A DNA stretch of 64,000 nt from a virus. Made by a program: the position numbers and the translations under genes. Numbering within the stretch: position 1 is the first letter of the stretch; the number at the start of each line of letters is the position of its first letter. The stretch spans positions 32,001 to 96,000 of the IMG/VR virus record IMGVR_UViG_3300005096_000005; one strand, 5' to 3'. The notes under the pieces were generated by a model, which worked only from the letters and a program-made list of their open reading frames with translations, was not told where the DNA came from and searched no databases. This document shows, one piece after another, positions 17,398 through 26,572 of this stretch.

Positions 17398-18627
17398 ATG
17401 ACAGAATTGTTTGAACTTCCACGTCTGTATGGTGAGGGAAGTAAAGGGACTACAAAGGAATGGGAGATAAGTGTGGTACCTGTTATGAGCCCTGACGGCG
17501 ACTACGGAGAGATCCACACCGAGTATGGCTCAACTGGAGCCAGAATGCAGACAACCGTCAAGGTTATCAAAGAAGGTAAGAACATCGGGAAGGCCAACGA
17601 AACAACCCCGTTCGAACAGGCTTGTAAGGAAGCCCAGTCAGCCTGGACCAAGAAAAAGAAGAAGGGGTACAGAGAGTCCATTGAAGATCTGCGGAACATG
17701 GTAACCGCGGCCGACATGACTTCTAAAGGCGCATCAGGCATTGAGAGTGGTAAGGCAATCCTTCCAATGCTGGCACATCCATTCAACAAGAGAAAGCACA
17801 ATATTGTATGGCCAGCATTCGCTCAAGCAAAGATCGATGGCCACCGGGCGTATGGTACAGACGGAGCCTTACTAAGCAGGGGCGGCGATCCGGTACCGAG
17901 TCTGCCGAACCTACCACACATTCAACGTGACCTGGACCGTCTTGCCAAGCTCCTGCCCGATGGAACATGGTATGATGGTGAGCTGTATACCAATGATCTC
18001 CCATTCGAGGAATTGGGCGGACACATACGCAGAGCGAAACTGAAGCAAGAGGCAATGGAATATCTGCCCCTTATTAAGTTTTACGTATTCGACTTATTCA
18101 ATCCAAAAGACCTCTCCTGGACATTTGAGGATAGGTTCAATCTTCTGGCCGCACAATGGGACTCATGGAAGCTCAAAAACATTATTCTTGTACCGATTAA
18201 CCTGGTGCATAATGAAGAAGAGTTACGTGCTTTCCATGACATGTGTGTACAAGCTGGCTATGAAGGGGCCGTCATCCGCAATGCTTTGGGGACCTATGCA
18301 ATAGGTCATCATTCTGCCGATACTCAGAAGTTCAAAGAGTTCCAGGACGATGAGTTCCCAATCATCGACTTCAAGGAGGGAACCGGCAAAGACGCCGGCA
18401 CAGTTATCTGGGTATGTAACACTAAGGTAAAAGGCTCTGCCGGTGGCGTGGAAGTTGTGCCCCACTTTGATGTTCGCCCTGTGGGATCTCATGAATACCG
18501 GGCAAGACTGTTTCAGGACGGTGAGAGCTTCATAGGTAAGAACCTTACAGTTCGTTACCAGAACCTGACAGAATACGGTATTCCACGCTTCCCGGTCGGT
18601 CGCGCGATCAGAGAAAAAGGAGAATGA
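17398..18627 (+). CDS. lig: ATP-dependent DNA ligase with N-terminal WGR-like domain
   Basis: PMLAH; KIDGHR; YDGELY; FYVFD; YEGAVIR; KFKEF; PRFPV. Confidence 0.93.
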   Translation: MTELFELPRLYGEGSKGTTKEWEISVVPVMSPDGDYGEIHTEYGSTGARMQTTVKVIKEGKNIGKANETTPFEQACKEAQSAWTKKKKKGYRESIEDLRNMVTAADMTSKGASGIESGKAILPMLAHPFNKRKHNIVWPAFAQAKIDGHRAYGTDGALLSRGGDPVPSLPNLPHIQRDLDRLAKLLPDGTWYDGELYTNDLPFEELGGHIRRAKLKQEAMEYLPLIKFYVFDLFNPKDLSWTFEDRFNLLAAQWDSWKLKNIILVPINLVHNEEELRAFHDMCVQAGYEGAVIRNALGTYAIGHHSADTQKFKEFQDDEFPIIDFKEGTGKDAGTVIWVCNTKVKGSAGGVEVVPHFDVRPVGSHEYRARLFQDGESFIGKNLTVRYQNLTEYGIPRFPVGRAIREKGE

Positions 18628-19163
18628 CCATGAAGAATGAGCTTCCCATGGGGACTTTCACACACAACAAAGGCATCCATCTATATATGTATATAGTGTC
18701 GGATAGTGAGCCCTGTGGCGTTTTCGCAATCAGATTGAGTGAAACGGTTCCAATGAGTAAAGTACTCAAGTCATTGGATACTCCTTTTGTCTCACTCTAT
18801 AAGCTCTCCCATCTAACACATGAAGGACTGGAGAAGATGCTCAACATTGTATCGACACAGTATCATAGCGAGATGCTCAGAGCTGGCACTTACGGACATA
18901 AAACCCCCAAAGGACTTGTTCCAAAAACGGGTGTTTGTATTGGAGTAAGATACTCTGATTCCACAACAGGAACGACCGGAAGCGGGCGAATGATCCAGGT
19001 CCAGGGAGTTGACAAGGTCGACAATGTTAGGTTGAAGATCCGCGACGCCATTGATGACCTTTGCGACAGCATTGTAGAAGATGCAACAGACTGGAACTAT
19101 AGACTCGCCAGAGAGAACAAAATAACCAAGCCCTCAAAGCGAGCAAAGAAGACTACTGAATAG
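18624..19163 (+). CDS. Hypothetical protein
   Basis: ATGA coupling to the ligase; AGGAG RBS. Confidence 0.7.
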   Translation: MTMKNELPMGTFTHNKGIHLYMYIVSDSEPCGVFAIRLSETVPMSKVLKSLDTPFVSLYKLSHLTHEGLEKMLNIVSTQYHSEMLRAGTYGHKTPKGLVPKTGVCIGVRYSDSTTGTTGSGRMIQVQGVDKVDNVRLKIRDAIDDLCDSIVEDATDWNYRLARENKITKPSKRAKKTTE

Positions 19164-19177
19164 AAAGGAGGATAGAC

Positions 19178-19465
19178 ATGAACAGATGTCAGATATGTGT
19201 GCCCCAGGAAGTAATTCTGACAGCCCTCAAAAACATCGGCTATAGCCTTGCGGGTGATACGTGTGTATGCGGTGCCGAATTCAGTTCTAAAGACAATTCA
19301 ATCTGGCTTGAGTTGGAAGGAGAGATGAAGCGAGAAGTGGCCATAGAGTTCCCGACAATACAACAACTCAGAGAAACGGACAGTCACCTTCAAGAGCTGA
19401 AGAACCCAATACCGACAATCAGAATCATTCCTCTGGACGAAGACGGCCACCCGACCGACCCATAA
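19178..19465 (+). CDS. Hypothetical small Cys-containing protein
   Basis: AAGGAGG RBS; CQIC...CVC. Confidence 0.7.
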   Translation: MNRCQICVPQEVILTALKNIGYSLAGDTCVCGAEFSSKDNSIWLELEGEMKREVAIEFPTIQQLRETDSHLQELKNPIPTIRIIPLDEDGHPTDP

Positions 19466-19772
19466 GTCCTTTCAATACATCTCCACCTTCTGGAGCCACA
19501 GCTTTATCTCTCTCTGCCGTAACACTATGATTGACACTGGGTGGTACCACGACCGCATTCGTAAGCGCGGGCTTGGTCCACTCTGGTGTCTTCTTTTGTG
19601 GAGATAAGGTGTTCGCCCGGCTCACATTTCCTACCTCTGCATTCTGTGCTACGACCTGTGAGAGCAGACGTACATCCGGTGTTTTCCTCATACAATACCC
19701 CAGTTTAATTACACCATAAGCAATCACACACAGTGCCCCTGTACTTATAATTGAACAGAGGTCCTGTATCAC
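19425..19772 (-). CDS. Small single-pass membrane protein downstream of actin-like gene
   Basis: GGAGG RBS; GTGA overlap with the actin stop; N-terminal hydrophobic helix followed by a polar tail. Confidence 0.7.
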   Translation of the reverse strand: MIQDLCSIISTGALCVIAYGVIKLGYCMRKTPDVRLLSQVVAQNAEVGNVSRANTLSPQKKTPEWTKPALTNAVVVPPSVNHSVTAERDKAVAPEGGDVLKGLMGRSGGRLRPEE

Positions 19773-20926
19773 GGCTTGCCTCCTGCCGGATGGAACCCGG
19801 AAGGTATTGGAGGGAGCTCTGTCTGTTGAGGCTCTTGTTGTGGAGCCTCTTTTTGTGGCTCATCGCCACTCCCAGCCTTGTCGGCACTGGGTTCGGTCAC
19901 CTGTTCCGGCTGTTTTGCCGGAGACGAGGTTTCATCTTCATCAGAAGATGCCTCTGCATGCAGTAGAGCACCCTTTGCGACCGCATACAATGGATCCTGT
20001 ACATGAAACACATCTCCGATAGGTATAGGGAATCCTACAGCCTTAAAACGCTCCTCAAAACGCTTCACAAACCCCGGAACCATAGATGTGCCCCCAGCTA
20101 TAGCGATCTGCAGAGGCTCCTTAACCCGTGGTGGACGCTCGAGTGTATCAAACGCTGCCTTGATATTCTTGGCTGTGGCATCAATCAAGCTGTTATAAGC
20201 CGACTCAATCTGCCACAGTCCGTCACGTCCAATATTGTTGTTATCCAGAGAGAACTCATTCTCCTTCATATCTGTTATCTCTGCCCTGGAAAACCCGGAG
20301 GCATCTGCAGCAACCTGGTCTACCCAATCTCCAGACTGTTGCATACTAAAGGAGAACAGCTCATCTGCCAGGAATGAGAAGCTGACATTGACCATACCTC
20401 CGCCAAAGCTGATACCTATCCCTGTGAATCTGGACTTAGCAAGGGCAGAGAGTACGACACAATAGCCTTCGTGTACGGTATCCACAGTCCAGCCGAGCTC
20501 GCGCAGGATCTGTAGGAGCACGTCTTTGTGGTGGTCGATAAGGTACTCACAGTCGATAGTGGGAGCCGGTATACTGAGTGTGCAATTACCTCTACCCTTA
20601 CTGGCAACAGACTCCACGATAGCGCGCAACATAGGGTACGCATCCCGCTCCTTCTTATTAAGAATGCCTCTACTCAAAGGCCTCCGCACATCCATGGAGG
20701 TCGGATTGCTATTCGCGTACTCCAGGGCGGAATCACCAACCAGGGCAATTTGGCCATCTTCCCATGGAATCCAATCTATATTGGGATCCTGAGTAAGCAT
20801 CTGCCTGTTAAACTTTGTTCCTTTAATGAGCACAAAACAGTTTCGTTTGCGTGTAATCTCAACATCACGTTGAGCACGCCTGGCGCCTACCACGAACATT
20901 GTGCCACAGTCCATTCCAAGATTCAC
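19769..20926 (-). CDS. Actin-fold ATPase, volactin-like
   Basis: Phosphate-1 GMDCGT; connect-1 HEG; phosphate-2 GISFGGG; adenosine IAGGTS; connect-2 AVAKGA; GGAGG RBS. Confidence 0.88.
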   Translation of the reverse strand: MNLGMDCGTMFVVGARRAQRDVEITRKRNCFVLIKGTKFNRQMLTQDPNIDWIPWEDGQIALVGDSALEYANSNPTSMDVRRPLSRGILNKKERDAYPMLRAIVESVASKGRGNCTLSIPAPTIDCEYLIDHHKDVLLQILRELGWTVDTVHEGYCVVLSALAKSRFTGIGISFGGGMVNVSFSFLADELFSFSMQQSGDWVDQVAADASGFSRAEITDMKENEFSLDNNNIGRDGLWQIESAYNSLIDATAKNIKAAFDTLERPPRVKEPLQIAIAGGTSMVPGFVKRFEERFKAVGFPIPIGDVFHVQDPLYAVAKGALLHAEASSDEDETSSPAKQPEQVTEPSADKAGSGDEPQKEAPQQEPQQTELPPIPSGFHPAGGKP

Positions 20927-21195
20927 TGGGCACCTCCCTGCTGCCCCACGGCCTGTATCATACGTCGCGTTATCTCTGCCTGCGTCCGCTTGGCAGCAAA
21001 CACAGAACCGAGCTTAAGTTTTTGCATAGACATTGCAAACTCAAGCAGGGAATGCACGTCTTCTAATGGGACACCATCCTCGGTTTGGGTAATCCCACTA
21101 AAAGTAAAGCCACCATTCGGATGCCTCTGATAATTGATAGTAATAGTGTGATCCACCGGCTTTGGTACTTCCTTCTTTGTTGCTCTTTTTGCCAT
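20923..21195 (-). CDS. Small protein coupled to actin-like gene
   Basis: AAGGAGG RBS; GTGA overlap with the actin start. Confidence 0.75.
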   Translation of the reverse strand: MAKRATKKEVPKPVDHTITINYQRHPNGGFTFSGITQTEDGVPLEDVHSLLEFAMSMQKLKLGSVFAAKRTQAEITRRMIQAVGQQGGAQ

Positions 21196-21210
21196 AACTG
21201 CCTCCTTAAC

Positions 21211-23295
21211 TTATTCGACGACGATCTTCTTAAAAGACGGGGTAGCGCTATTGTCGAAACGTTTGATCGTTCCCGTCATATCGTCAGTCCTCACCCCAAA
21301 AACAACCTCAATACGCCCGTCTCCTTTATCCACCACATCCGCAAATCGCGGTTCAGTAGCAGGATCTGGATTAAACAGAGCGTACTTATTATTGACCCAG
21401 GACGAGGTCTTGTCTCTTATCTCTTCCATCACAGCAGCCGTTGCAGGATCGAACTCAATCTGAAAACTGCCGGTAGGCTTATACTCTCTGTGATATACTC
21501 CTATATGCATGGCTCCCATCATAACATTGCGACCAGTGGCTATCTCGGGCGTATAGTCAGCCACAAACACCAGACGCAAGAAGTTTAACTCTGTCCTCTT
21601 TACGTGGAGCTCAAGCATCCCCGCATTCCAAAAGATGTTCGGTCCTACCCCCAGAATAGTGTCAGGGTCGCCACCGGTAGTACTCAGGTTGTAAGGACCA
21701 AACTTTGGACTATACGGAACAGGTGTGTCGGGGCTATATGTACCGCCCACCCCGGCATCCATGCGAAACTGTCTGCCCATACCGTCAAGGCCGAATGGTT
21801 CTCCGGTGGAATACCGGACGTCTACAAGATGCATCCGGAACAGCGGAAGTGGATGTATCTGTATTGTGTTCATAAACATGTTTGAGTTAATATCCTGCGG
21901 TAGTTCGATATCATACAGGACCAGTACATGCGACGTTTGCACATCATTATCAAACGGTCTAAGCACAGGCCCATTAAGGTCAGTAACGGGAACAAGGTAC
22001 CATGCTGGCGTTGTTGGGTCTCCGTCCATAGCAAAGAGTGGATCAGTCTGTTCAAACACAGTTTGGATGTCCGCCGACGAGAGCTCCGGACTCACAACAG
22101 AGGCATCCTGCCTGGCAAGTACAGCGTCCTCAAGAATCTTCGAAAGATTGAATGGATTACCAGACCTGAACGGATCATAGTATCTATACTCATTACCATT
22201 GGTATCCTGAAGCGTCTCACCATGAATCCGGAATATCCTGGTGCTCACCTTTAAAGAGTCTGGCACCAACACTTTATCCGTCCCTCTCATCAATGCCTTG
22301 TCTCTCTCAGACTTGTATGGCAAAGTAATCTGTCCGTATGTGGGGTCGTGATGACAATTAGCTGAGTTTGTGAGCAAGCGATACATCGCATTATGTGTGA
22401 CCGGCCCCAGCCTTCCGGATGTAGCAGTCCAAACCCCGCTTGAGGTATGAAAGTCCACGATTACTTGCTCGGAAGGAGAATTAAGTGATACGTTTCCGCC
22501 CTGAGGGACAACAGTCATGTATCCGAGAAACTGCTCAGATCCATTATGCAATACAAGATTGTAACCTGTAGCAATAATATTCTTGGAGCGGTCAAAGAAG
22601 TAGAGAAAGACCGGGGTAGCACTGTCGTTTCCGGTTGCTACTTGCTGGTAAGATTCAACCCTACCAAGATAAAGATCGTTTTGTAATGACACACGAATCA
22701 GGGTCTCATTAGTTGCATGATCTTCATGAAACAAGAAACGATCCTCCGCCTGCTCATAATGGAAGGTTGTCAGATTGGTGGGAAGGGTACCAGCATCAGT
22801 CATGACAACCCAACCATTCGCAACATCCCAGTATTCAACCTGGAAAGGCGCCGCCTTGAATAGTGGTGTGACTGCAAGGTCTGCATAATCTATCCCTCCC
22901 ACATTCACAGTGCTGCCCAGATTTGCAAGAGCGTGCAAAAGACTGAACCTGCATTCATCTATGCCTTCAATTGTCTGGTAATCAGGCGGAAGTTGTATGA
23001 TTGCGAATGATGAACCGGATTGAGCATGTGACGTAACGGTATCAACCGGCGCAGTAAATGGATTTGTAACCCCGGAAAACGAGAGGGATTCGACCATTCC
23101 CTGAAGACTGTCCAGTTGTCCCCCAATCGTATCTTCTATCTGTTTGCTCTTTACCAGTAGTCCCGCATTGAAAGAGTACAATTCTGCCAGGTCTCTGGCC
23201 ACGTTCTCAATAAACTTATTAAGGTCTCCAGACGCAGCAATACCACGATACCTGGTCTTTATTCCTTTTGTTGTAATGTTTACCTGGTTATTCAT
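21211..23295 (-). CDS. Putative virion (tail/baseplate) protein, coiled-coil paralog family
   Basis: N-terminal RG...S.DLN.F.E...DL..LY plus coiled coil; beta-rich and acidic. Confidence 0.7.
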   Translation of the reverse strand: MNNQVNITTKGIKTRYRGIAASGDLNKFIENVARDLAELYSFNAGLLVKSKQIEDTIGGQLDSLQGMVESLSFSGVTNPFTAPVDTVTSHAQSGSSFAIIQLPPDYQTIEGIDECRFSLLHALANLGSTVNVGGIDYADLAVTPLFKAAPFQVEYWDVANGWVVMTDAGTLPTNLTTFHYEQAEDRFLFHEDHATNETLIRVSLQNDLYLGRVESYQQVATGNDSATPVFLYFFDRSKNIIATGYNLVLHNGSEQFLGYMTVVPQGGNVSLNSPSEQVIVDFHTSSGVWTATSGRLGPVTHNAMYRLLTNSANCHHDPTYGQITLPYKSERDKALMRGTDKVLVPDSLKVSTRIFRIHGETLQDTNGNEYRYYDPFRSGNPFNLSKILEDAVLARQDASVVSPELSSADIQTVFEQTDPLFAMDGDPTTPAWYLVPVTDLNGPVLRPFDNDVQTSHVLVLYDIELPQDINSNMFMNTIQIHPLPLFRMHLVDVRYSTGEPFGLDGMGRQFRMDAGVGGTYSPDTPVPYSPKFGPYNLSTTGGDPDTILGVGPNIFWNAGMLELHVKRTELNFLRLVFVADYTPEIATGRNVMMGAMHIGVYHREYKPTGSFQIEFDPATAAVMEEIRDKTSSWVNNKYALFNPDPATEPRFADVVDKGDGRIEVVFGVRTDDMTGTIKRFDNSATPSFKKIVVE

Positions 23296-24311
23296 ACAAT
23301 CCCCCTCTGTATCCGGAGATGCTCAACGGTACTGTAAAGCTTTCTTAACTTCTCATTCATTCCCTCTGTGGTATCTTGAATGTTTTGCATAGCCTGATTA
23401 GAACCTCTCGCAAGCACTTCATCGATATCGTGAGTTATCTCCCCTGACATAGCAAGTTGTTTCCAACTCTCTCTGGGTCCACGGAACCTGTGGTTCCTAC
23501 GCTTCAACTGAATGTCGTCATTGGGATAATACCGGCTGGACGGTGGGTAGACAACAACGGAATCTTCTACAATAACGCTACAATTGCCTATTAAATCCAC
23601 CACGTATCCATATATGGTGACATCATTCCCTATATTGGTAAAGTACTCTGTTGCACCAAGCTTCCACAAAACAGGAACATACCCGCTCATTGTATTGTCG
23701 ATTCTGGCAATAGTGGAATGGTCAAAGTTCTCTCTCAGCCACCAATCCACCTGTGGTTGTGCAATGTATTCCATCCAGACGTCGGGCGGAATACTCTTGA
23801 GATCCGGTCCCGGTGCAGTAAACCGTACGAAGTCTATATCATCGAAAGTCATGTACCACTCTTTAGAATTGTACCATCTTTCCAGCCCGCTCCATGCAGT
23901 ATGTGGAAGTGGACGATCGTTATACTCAGGACTACCGGGTATGGCTACGTGCTGGTCACGTAAAGCCTCCAGCGCTTCCTTATCCGTAGAAAGAAAAGCG
24001 TACATCAATGGAGGAATCACATCCGGATTGATACCATCCGGCTCAGCGGTCAAAGTTACTGTTAGATCACGACTCTCAGCCTTGCCGGAACCATTATTGA
24101 TAATAAGCTGCGGCACCCACATACATTGCTCAATAACATTGATAACAATCGCATCATCTATAGTTATCAAATTCTCTGACAGATCAGTCAGAGCAACTGT
24201 AACGGTTACGTCAGAGCCGGCAGATGATAAAGTCAAATCAATGGAACGTGTCCGCTGATTCAGGACATACATGATAGGTATAAGGTTGCCATCAATTACC
24301 TGATAAAGCAT
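23292..24311 (-). CDS. Putative virion protein with C-terminal RFRGPRES motif and coiled coil
   Basis: Structural operon context; start/stop coupling on both sides. Confidence 0.7.
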   Translation of the reverse strand: MLYQVIDGNLIPIMYVLNQRTRSIDLTLSSAGSDVTVTVALTDLSENLITIDDAIVINVIEQCMWVPQLIINNGSGKAESRDLTVTLTAEPDGINPDVIPPLMYAFLSTDKEALEALRDQHVAIPGSPEYNDRPLPHTAWSGLERWYNSKEWYMTFDDIDFVRFTAPGPDLKSIPPDVWMEYIAQPQVDWWLRENFDHSTIARIDNTMSGYVPVLWKLGATEYFTNIGNDVTIYGYVVDLIGNCSVIVEDSVVVYPPSSRYYPNDDIQLKRRNHRFRGPRESWKQLAMSGEITHDIDEVLARGSNQAMQNIQDTTEGMNEKLRKLYSTVEHLRIQRGIV

Positions 24312-26572
24312 TAAACACTTACTCCCATCTGGAATAATTCCCGATCATAGAAAACAAACGTAAGCTCGTCGTTCTCAACGTTGCCACCTGCGGCAATGAT
24401 ATCATTATAATGCATAAGATAAGTTCCAGCATCCATTGCAGCAACAAAAGTGGCCGACGGCATACCAATAACCACAACCTTATACCTGTGATTGTGTTCT
24501 GGTGTTCCTGTATAATACATCAACCAAACGTCATTGCCCAGAGACGAGGGCACAAAACCGCTCGAGCCGGGAACGCCGATATCAATATACATCTCAGCCC
24601 TGTCCAGTACAGAAGGAGAAGTGTTCTTATGTGGGTACACAACGGCAATAGGCCCAACCTCTACTGGAGTATCTCCATCTACCCCCAGATCATATATCTG
24701 TATGAGCGGAATGTACCTGCACCCAGCTCCTTCCACCAGCGAACGACATAGGGTTAAACGAGTCTCCATGGCCGTAAAACTGCCCATATCACGACCAAAA
24801 ACAGGATCACGTAAAGATACCTCGGTGGCCACGTTTCCATTCTCTCCGCCCCATGGTGTAAAGTAAGACTCTACCCACATACTATACATATCACGCCCCG
24901 GCGTAGAGTCCCAGCACCTGGCCCTGATATAAAGAAGCTGCTGAGGCAGTTCGCCAATAGCGGGCACAGTAAGGGTCGCGACCTGCAAGTTGGCATACCC
25001 ACCAACCCCTCCATCCCAATAACCGGGGGCCACTCTCTGGTTGTACGATCTAATGATGTTTGTAAACCCCGCATCCGTGGCTATCTCTACGTGATAGAAC
25101 AGTGATGTGACTGGCGCAGACACTTGCTCGGAAACTACCTTGATGATCGGCGTTCCGTCCTCTGTTGTTGCATTACGCGCTGGACGAAGCAGAACAGGTG
25201 GATCGGGTGGTGCGGTAATAGCAAACGGACCAAAGAACTCGTACGGAGAGTACAGATTGTACAGAGTATTGGGATCCATGAACGCAACCTGGTCACCATC
25301 CCAGGCAGCTACACGAGCAAGTACGTTTGAATGCTGCCCGGACGGAGTATTCCATGTCTGTGTTGTACTGTCCGGACTGCCTGTCACGTCCATAGGAATC
25401 CACTGTGCATACTCGACTTCCATTACAGCCCCCATATCCGGGGACTCGATGACCCGAATTGTATCCCAGGCTTCGAGATACTCATATTCTACACCGTTCG
25501 TCCATAACACAGAGTCAACACGCACGTTGATGATACGCCAGCCAGGCGGTACTCGTATATATTCATCGGACGGCTGTTTAGAGAAGGTGTATAAACTCTG
25601 CCATCCTGACGTCGGTGTATCATAATCTATTAGATACCACCAATGATACTCTACGTTGTTTCCTTCAGGGTCAGTTGCAGGCTCACATTCAATAGGAACA
25701 GCTTCATCTGCAGGGACATCCCCATCTGGAAGTACCAGGCCGGGCACTACATCAAATCTGGACCTGCGATTGGCTTCGCCGACATCAGCCATTAGAGTAT
25801 CAAAGTACGCTCCGGGTTGTAGAAGGGCTTTGTAATAGTACCTGTCAGCTGTCGCAATATCATCGTCAGTAACAGCCCTTAAATCTCGCAGGTTTGTTTG
25901 GAACGACATACGGTCCCCCACGTTACCTCCGTGGTGGCTGAGGTCTGCAACATTATGAAACAAGATATAAAGGTTGTCTTCAAGATACATTGAGCTATTG
26001 TGGATCTCAACATCCGTAACCCATGTCTGCCCTCCGTCGTTTGACCACTTGAACCTGGACATATCAGTCGTGTCGTCTGTACCACTATACGTTAACTCAA
26101 TAATATAATGTCTGTAATCAGTCTGTTCGGGAATCCTGATAGCCCAATTAGAAGAACCCCAGAAGTCTTCATATCCATCAAAGGGCCATAAAGTAGGACC
26201 AAACTTAAGATCGCCAGTGATATTGTAGTCCTCATAAGTGGCATCAAATACGGCGGTAGGATCTCCGAGATTAGGGTCAAACAGATGATTGGTAGACCTG
26301 TGTAGTTCCAGCTCCTTCGCATACAATCCATCAAACGGCATATCTACATACGCCTTATGAATAGGAAACCCGCCAATCTCATATACCTGATGGACACGAC
26401 CTCCTGGCGGAGACACAAACGCCACAGTTCCAAGAAGAGAACTCGTTCCCCGTGGCGATGTCGGCATCTCAGTCTCGAATTGCACATGAGCAAAGATGTC
26501 AGTTTCACTTTGGGTATCAACCTGCTGATTGATAGTCTGAAACTGAATTGTCGCGACGAATTCTGCTATCAT
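24311..26572 (-). CDS. Putative virion protein with FN3/Ig-like domains
   Basis: PPDPPVLLRP...YHVEIATDAGFTNII...YIRARCWD; F.WSNDGG.TW module. Confidence 0.72.
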   Translation of the reverse strand: MIAEFVATIQFQTINQQVDTQSETDIFAHVQFETEMPTSPRGTSSLLGTVAFVSPPGGRVHQVYEIGGFPIHKAYVDMPFDGLYAKELELHRSTNHLFDPNLGDPTAVFDATYEDYNITGDLKFGPTLWPFDGYEDFWGSSNWAIRIPEQTDYRHYIIELTYSGTDDTTDMSRFKWSNDGGQTWVTDVEIHNSSMYLEDNLYILFHNVADLSHHGGNVGDRMSFQTNLRDLRAVTDDDIATADRYYYKALLQPGAYFDTLMADVGEANRRSRFDVVPGLVLPDGDVPADEAVPIECEPATDPEGNNVEYHWWYLIDYDTPTSGWQSLYTFSKQPSDEYIRVPPGWRIINVRVDSVLWTNGVEYEYLEAWDTIRVIESPDMGAVMEVEYAQWIPMDVTGSPDSTTQTWNTPSGQHSNVLARVAAWDGDQVAFMDPNTLYNLYSPYEFFGPFAITAPPDPPVLLRPARNATTEDGTPIIKVVSEQVSAPVTSLFYHVEIATDAGFTNIIRSYNQRVAPGYWDGGVGGYANLQVATLTVPAIGELPQQLLYIRARCWDSTPGRDMYSMWVESYFTPWGGENGNVATEVSLRDPVFGRDMGSFTAMETRLTLCRSLVEGAGCRYIPLIQIYDLGVDGDTPVEVGPIAVVYPHKNTSPSVLDRAEMYIDIGVPGSSGFVPSSLGNDVWLMYYTGTPEHNHRYKVVVIGMPSATFVAAMDAGTYLMHYNDIIAAGGNVENDELTFVFYDRELFQMGVSV

